A DNA stretch of 64,000 nt from Desulfurococcales archaeon. Lineage in GTDB: Archaea > Thermoproteota > Thermoprotei_A > Sulfolobales > Desulfurococcaceae. Positions 59,518-64,000 of this stretch are shown here, one piece after another. The DNA lies in contig JALVYU010000026.1 of the NCBI GenBank assembly GCA_027022365.1, positions 256,001-320,000 on the forward strand. The letters are read 5' to 3'. The notes below the pieces were generated by a model, which ran no database searches, was not told where the DNA came from, and worked only from the letters and a program-made list of their open reading frames with translations. The translations under genes and the position numbers were made by a program. The stretch's first letter is position 1, and every line of letters begins with the position of its first letter.

Positions 59518-61467
59518 TTATATTATTCTGACTATTAACGGGTCTACATAGAGGATGTTGTCATTTGGGGAGAGTGGAACTATTAGGTAGTATCCCGGGG
59601 GCAGTATTATTGTGGCGTTATTTATGCCGGGCCTCATTGTCAGGTAATAGTCTGAAGTTTTGCTCAGTATTTCTGGCTCGTAATACATTGTCAGGGGCTC
59701 TCCCTGTTCTTTAAGGTTAAGTGGTATTATTGAGAGAACTATGGTTTTGTTAAAGGGATTATGTATTTCAATGGTTGTACCGTTGTATATCGTTGCTACT
59801 AGATACTGCCATGTGTAGCCAGCATTTATACCGATTTGGTTGTAGTAGTGCGGCATTATGATTAGGAGAGTCCTTCTCGATGGAAATTGTTGTAGAACTA
59901 GTACGTCGGGGAAGAGTGTAATGTAGAGGGCCGAGCTAGATAGACTTGTCCCTCCGATTACTCTGAATACCTGGTATTGGAATGGGCTAGAACGTGTCGT
60001 TATAACGTTTATCTTTAGTATACTACGCCATTGAAGGAGCCATTGTGGTATACTTGGTTTTACCGCTACTGTGTAGTTGGTTTTGACATAGATCGGACTG
60101 GTAGAAGGTGTTATTTTCCTAAAGACGGTGTTCTTCCCATAGCTTATAATCAGGAGCGGATCTTCTTTGTAATAACTCGTTAATTTAAATAGATTAAAGA
60201 GAGCTTTGGCGTAGTTGTCGCTATTAGGTGTTGAAACCCCAATACGCCATCTCTGTATCGTAATATAGTCCGAATCTATCCCTATAAGGGCCGGCTTTGG
60301 ATCCCAACTTATAAACTCTATTGATGTAATGTTTAGATCTACTGTAATATTGATCTCTGTTGGTGCGCCCCACACGTTTTTGATGTATCTCCCGTAGCCG
60401 AGCACTATCATTCCATCGCTACTAATATTGCCTATTATGCTACCATTAATTGTGAGGTAAGTGATCTTGTTGAGTCCTACTTGTTTAACATACTGCTTAC
60501 CGCGGAGATTAATACTCGTGTTGGCATCCGGCGCTAATGCCAGGGGGGTGTTCAAGTATTGGTTATTAATCTTTACCAGGTAGCCTCCAAGATTTACTGG
60601 TGTTGGAGCCATTGATTGCTGTACCTTTATTGTGCCGTTGAAAAGTATGTTGGTCGATACTGAAGAGTTAATGAGTATTCCTACGGCTGAGAACAGGTAA
60701 ACTGATGAGAATGTCGTATAGATAGCATAAACGTTTATAGGGTAGCCTCGTACAGTTATTGTCGCTAGTTTTGCAATACCATTGTTTTCTAGAATCTGGC
60801 TCCTGGTTACGGGATAGGTTATGGTGAAGTTTGGAGTTATTAGTCTAGTTACTTGTAATTTTATTCTGAGAGGTAATGTTGTAAGATTCACATCTGTCAT
60901 GGTTATGGTTGAGTTAACGCTATTTATTATCACTGTATTATTGATGAGAACAGGACTGAATCCTGCCGTGCCAATCATAGTGGGAGTGCCCATTCTTTGT
61001 ATTTCATTTATGAGGTTTTGATCAATATATGTTGTGTTAGGTACTATGTTATTGTTTATGAGCCAGGGGTCTTTCATCGGGTTATAGTATATTGTTATGC
61101 CCGGGTCGACTATTATTCCTGCCTTGAATGGATGTGTATAATCCGTTACAGGTAGTTTAATATACGTGGTATTGACTACGTAGCGGTTTAATTGTATAAA
61201 CGAGATCGTGCCATTCATATAGTCGATGAATACATATCGGATCTTAATCGGCTCGATCACCTGTACTACTAGGTAGAGCAAGTTATTAGTATAGGTAATA
61301 TCTAGCACAGGCTTATTAGATATTTTATCGAGTTTCCTAATATTATCGTGCATGGCCTTATTAGACTGATTTATTTCATTATTGATCATCTGATACGAAG
61401 CTATCAGTATTGCTGTGAATATTAATATTAGTACAAATGATGCATATACCGTGCCCAGAGCCTTCAT
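59518..61467 (-). CDS. large pilin/adhesin-like protein with class III signal peptide
   Basis: MKA/LGTVYASFVLILIF; N/T-rich beta region. Confidence 0.6.
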   Translation of the reverse strand: MKALGTVYASFVLILIFTAILIASYQMINNEINQSNKAMHDNIRKLDKISNKPVLDITYTNNLLYLVVQVIEPIKIRYVFIDYMNGTISFIQLNRYVVNTTYIKLPVTDYTHPFKAGIIVDPGITIYYNPMKDPWLINNNIVPNTTYIDQNLINEIQRMGTPTMIGTAGFSPVLINNTVIINSVNSTITMTDVNLTTLPLRIKLQVTRLITPNFTITYPVTRSQILENNGIAKLATITVRGYPINVYAIYTTFSSVYLFSAVGILINSSVSTNILFNGTIKVQQSMAPTPVNLGGYLVKINNQYLNTPLALAPDANTSINLRGKQYVKQVGLNKITYLTINGSIIGNISSDGMIVLGYGRYIKNVWGAPTEINITVDLNITSIEFISWDPKPALIGIDSDYITIQRWRIGVSTPNSDNYAKALFNLFKLTSYYKEDPLLIISYGKNTVFRKITPSTSPIYVKTNYTVAVKPSIPQWLLQWRSILKINVITTRSSPFQYQVFRVIGGTSLSSSALYITLFPDVLVLQQFPSRRTLLIIMPHYYNQIGINAGYTWQYLVATIYNGTTIEIHNPFNKTIVLSIIPLNLKEQGEPLTMYYEPEILSKTSDYYLTMRPGINNATIILPPGYYLIVPLSPNDNILYVDPLIVRII

Positions 61468-61817
61468 GGCCTAACCACCAAAATACACCTGTTTCTCATA
61501 ACAAGGATAGCCACAGGATCACCGGCGTGTATTCTGAAGATGGAGTCGTGTGGGACAACAGTTGTATTTATCCATTTATCGCCGTTGAGGACCTCAATGG
61601 GTGACTGTAGCTGGATTTTTGGGCCCGAATTATAGAGGTATATATATTCATTTGAGTAATCTATGTAGTTAATACTGTAGCCTACTTCACATGAATTACT
61701 AACTAATCCCTGTACTGTATTTTTCATATGCATCGAATACATCGCTACTATTCCCATCCCGATCACTGATAGCAGTAGTAATATTAGTGCTGACATATAC
61801 TGAGATAACCCTTTCAT
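61464..61817 (-). CDS. small type IV pilin-like protein
   Basis: MKG/LSQYMSALILLLLSV; YLYNSG. Confidence 0.65.
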   Translation of the reverse strand: MKGLSQYMSALILLLLSVIGMGIVAMYSMHMKNTVQGLVSNSCEVGYSINYIDYSNEYIYLYNSGPKIQLQSPIEVLNGDKWINTTVVPHDSIFRIHAGDPVAILVMRNRCILVVRP

Positions 61818-61905
61818 CGTCTCCCCTAGGATATATGGGAAGGATTAATTTAGGAGGGCTAAACGAAAATATTCGGTCTAATATCGTTTTCATAAGTCAG
61901 GAGGC

Positions 61906-63096
61906 TCACGATTTTGATCTAGTGCGACGCCAGGCCATGACTATGAGGATAACGCCGCTGATCAGGGATGCTATTGGTAGAAGCACGAGGTACCATTCAC
62001 CGCTTCTCGTATAACCATACAATGCTACGAACAAAGTGCCCGAAGCTGTGCCTCCTACAAGGAGCTCATTACCAGTTAGCCTTACTGTTGTCACAATTAT
62101 TGAGGCCCTCGATGAAATAATTATTCGCGTTGATATATGGCCTTTTCTAAGCTGGGATATGCTTGTAAGTAAGACCACTCCTTTCTTAGGATAACTACCA
62201 TAGTATCCCCCAAGAACTACTGTTCTATTTTCATTAATATCAAATGCTGTCAAATTAAGGCCAGGGTAATCTCTCGATAAGAAGTTCAAGTAGGTCGTTA
62301 GAATAGATCCTGTACGAGTATCGACCTGATAGAGCACGGGCGCCGGATTGTATGCCAGAATATATGCTTCGTATCCACTCGTTCTTAATCCTACAACGCG
62401 GATTTCCCCCAATGTACGATTCCATAGAATTCTGCCATTGTAGTTGATCATTCCTATGAATACATCCTTACCGCTCATGCTTAGATATATTACTCCAAGA
62501 TCGTTGTGGGTGAGCATTAAGATCGAGTCAACCTCTCTTCCTCCCCATATCTTCGTCCACTCATTCTTTCCGCTAAATATATCTGTGAACATGATAAAGT
62601 TCTGTAGCTTAAGCCCCGCGACGTACCGGGCGCCACCGATAACTGCGTATCTGGGCAATAGATCGTTTGAGAATATCCAATAGATACTAGAGAGGTTTAT
62701 TGATTTATTATCGATCAATGCACCATTCAGCGGGCTATATGTTCGGAGCAATAATATGTGTCTATTAGTGGTTGTCGCTGCTGTAACTATGTGATCATAC
62801 TGATAAAATATACCCAGGGGGATTAGGTCTTTATAACCCCATGTTATTCGCCAATGCAGATTGCCGTTACTACTTAGTTTATAAAGTGCAATATCGCCTG
62901 AGGTGGTGCTCGATAATATGTATACTCGCCCATTATATGGAAATAGATCTATAGGGGTATCGCCATATACACCAGTATACATATATTCTTGTTTTAGCCT
63001 CAAAGAGTATGCTTCAGTATAGGTCATATATGCTAGTATTGATGATAGTATCATGATTATAAGCCCTACTAGTACGAAGACCTTTGGATTAACCAA
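61906..63096 (-). CDS. membrane-anchored beta-propeller-like protein
   Basis: N- and C-terminal TMs; repeated G...W..TWG / W.KIWGG blades. Confidence 0.6.
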   Translation of the reverse strand: MVNPKVFVLVGLIIMILSSILAYMTYTEAYSLRLKQEYMYTGVYGDTPIDLFPYNGRVYILSSTTSGDIALYKLSSNGNLHWRITWGYKDLIPLGIFYQYDHIVTAATTTNRHILLLRTYSPLNGALIDNKSINLSSIYWIFSNDLLPRYAVIGGARYVAGLKLQNFIMFTDIFSGKNEWTKIWGGREVDSILMLTHNDLGVIYLSMSGKDVFIGMINYNGRILWNRTLGEIRVVGLRTSGYEAYILAYNPAPVLYQVDTRTGSILTTYLNFLSRDYPGLNLTAFDINENRTVVLGGYYGSYPKKGVVLLTSISQLRKGHISTRIIISSRASIIVTTVRLTGNELLVGGTASGTLFVALYGYTRSGEWYLVLLPIASLISGVILIVMAWRRTRSKS

Positions 63097-63175
63097 TTAT
63101 TATATCCCCCTACTAAGCAAGTAATGTTTACTTAAACTATTATCTTGCTTATATTTTGTAATCAATATATCTAGG

Positions 63176-64000
63176 TTATTCCCCCAATAACTTCCTTCTG
63201 AGAAACGGTAGCCATGATGTTTCGAGAATTATGGAAACTATTATCGTTACGAGTGTAGTGCTCAGAATAACTTCGCCCCAAGAAATTAGTGTAGGGTTAT
63301 TATACATTATCCCGAGACTGAGAGGTAGGGATGCAAGTACAGATGGAACTACTCCTCTTGGGCCTTCAAGTGAAATGAAGAGGTATTCTTTGAAGCTCCA
63401 CTTTCCAATCGGTATTATCGGTAAGCACGCAATAGGGCGGGCAAGTAAAACCACGCCGAGAGCTACGAGTAGTGACGGGAGAAAAGTCGTGATCAATATG
63501 TCAAGCCTTATACTCATCCCGAGCAGGAGAAATATAAATACTGCGGCAAACATTGAGAGGACTTCGTTGAAATGAAGCTCCGTATCTATCGTGCTCCTAA
63601 TTTTAAGCTCATCCTCTGCGGTTTCTCTGAAGAACTCGTGATGGTTTCCAAGTATTATGCCAAGGGTAGTCGCCACTAGATAACCGGATGCCATGAGTTT
63701 TTCTCCTATATAGAACCCTATAAAGGCTAGGCCGAGAGCAAACAGTATTATTTCCTCGTTTCTCTCAAACTTTAAATGTCTTATGAGCAAGTACCCGATA
63801 ATCGCAACACCTACGCCGAGAATAATAGATATAATTACTTCGTAGAGAAAATATGAAAGAGCCGCCAGAGAAAGAGGCATATACTGGGCAAAATACTCGA
63901 TAAACTGGGCGCTTGGTGCCTGTGGAACAACAAAAGCGACTGCTAGGGATGTCAGAACTATGCCCAAGGGATCATTGAAAATCGATTCTGACTCAAGGAT
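63176..64000 (-). CDS. CPA1/NhaP cation:proton antiporter (5' part off window)
   Basis: ILESESIFNDPLG at window edge, SGYL, GPRGVV. Confidence 0.9.
   Translation of the reverse strand: MLESESIFNDPLGIVLTSLAVAFVVPQAPSAQFIEYFAQYMPLSLAALSYFLYEVIISIILGVGVAIIGYLLIRHLKFERNEEIILFALGLAFIGFYIGEKLMASGYLVATTLGIILGNHHEFFRETAEDELKIRSTIDTELHFNEVLSMFAAVFIFLLLGMSIRLDILITTFLPSLLVALGVVLLARPIACLPIIPIGKWSFKEYLFISLEGPRGVVPSVLASLPLSLGIMYNNPTLISWGEVILSTTLVTIIVSIILETSWLPFLRRKLLGE

Overview
Archaeal (Thermoproteota, Desulfurococcales/Staphylothermus-like by gene content) chromosome segment with two parts. (1) ~1-16.4 kb is a mosaic, partly decaying accessory island. It holds an intact four-gene operon (ParB/Spo0J-DUF488 fusion, Zn-finger, OB-type DUF488 partner, PD-(D/E)XK nuclease) divergent from an AbrB-like gene, a perfect 55-bp palindrome, a frameshifted type IV pilus module, a DUF3800 (RNase H-like) gene followed by a tandem twin-hairpin RNA-like element, an AbrB/transglutaminase pair, a broken SF2 helicase and a probable integrase C-terminal remnant. 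(2) ~16.5-64 kb is core genome: asparagine synthetase, four tRNAs (Val and Trp with canonical introns, Arg, Glu with a non-canonical 45/46 intron), candidate sRNAs, translation and ribosome-biogenesis genes, Trk system, alaS, the rpl12/10/1/11-spt5-secE-ftsY...rps19e-rpp21 cluster, an intein-bearing class III RNR operon with thyX/dcd, peroxiredoxin, ADH, an RHH-PIN/vWA/vWA/helicase operon, and a tetrabrachion-like S-layer stalk gene next to a large subtilase. All family calls are by motif recognition; no database search was run.
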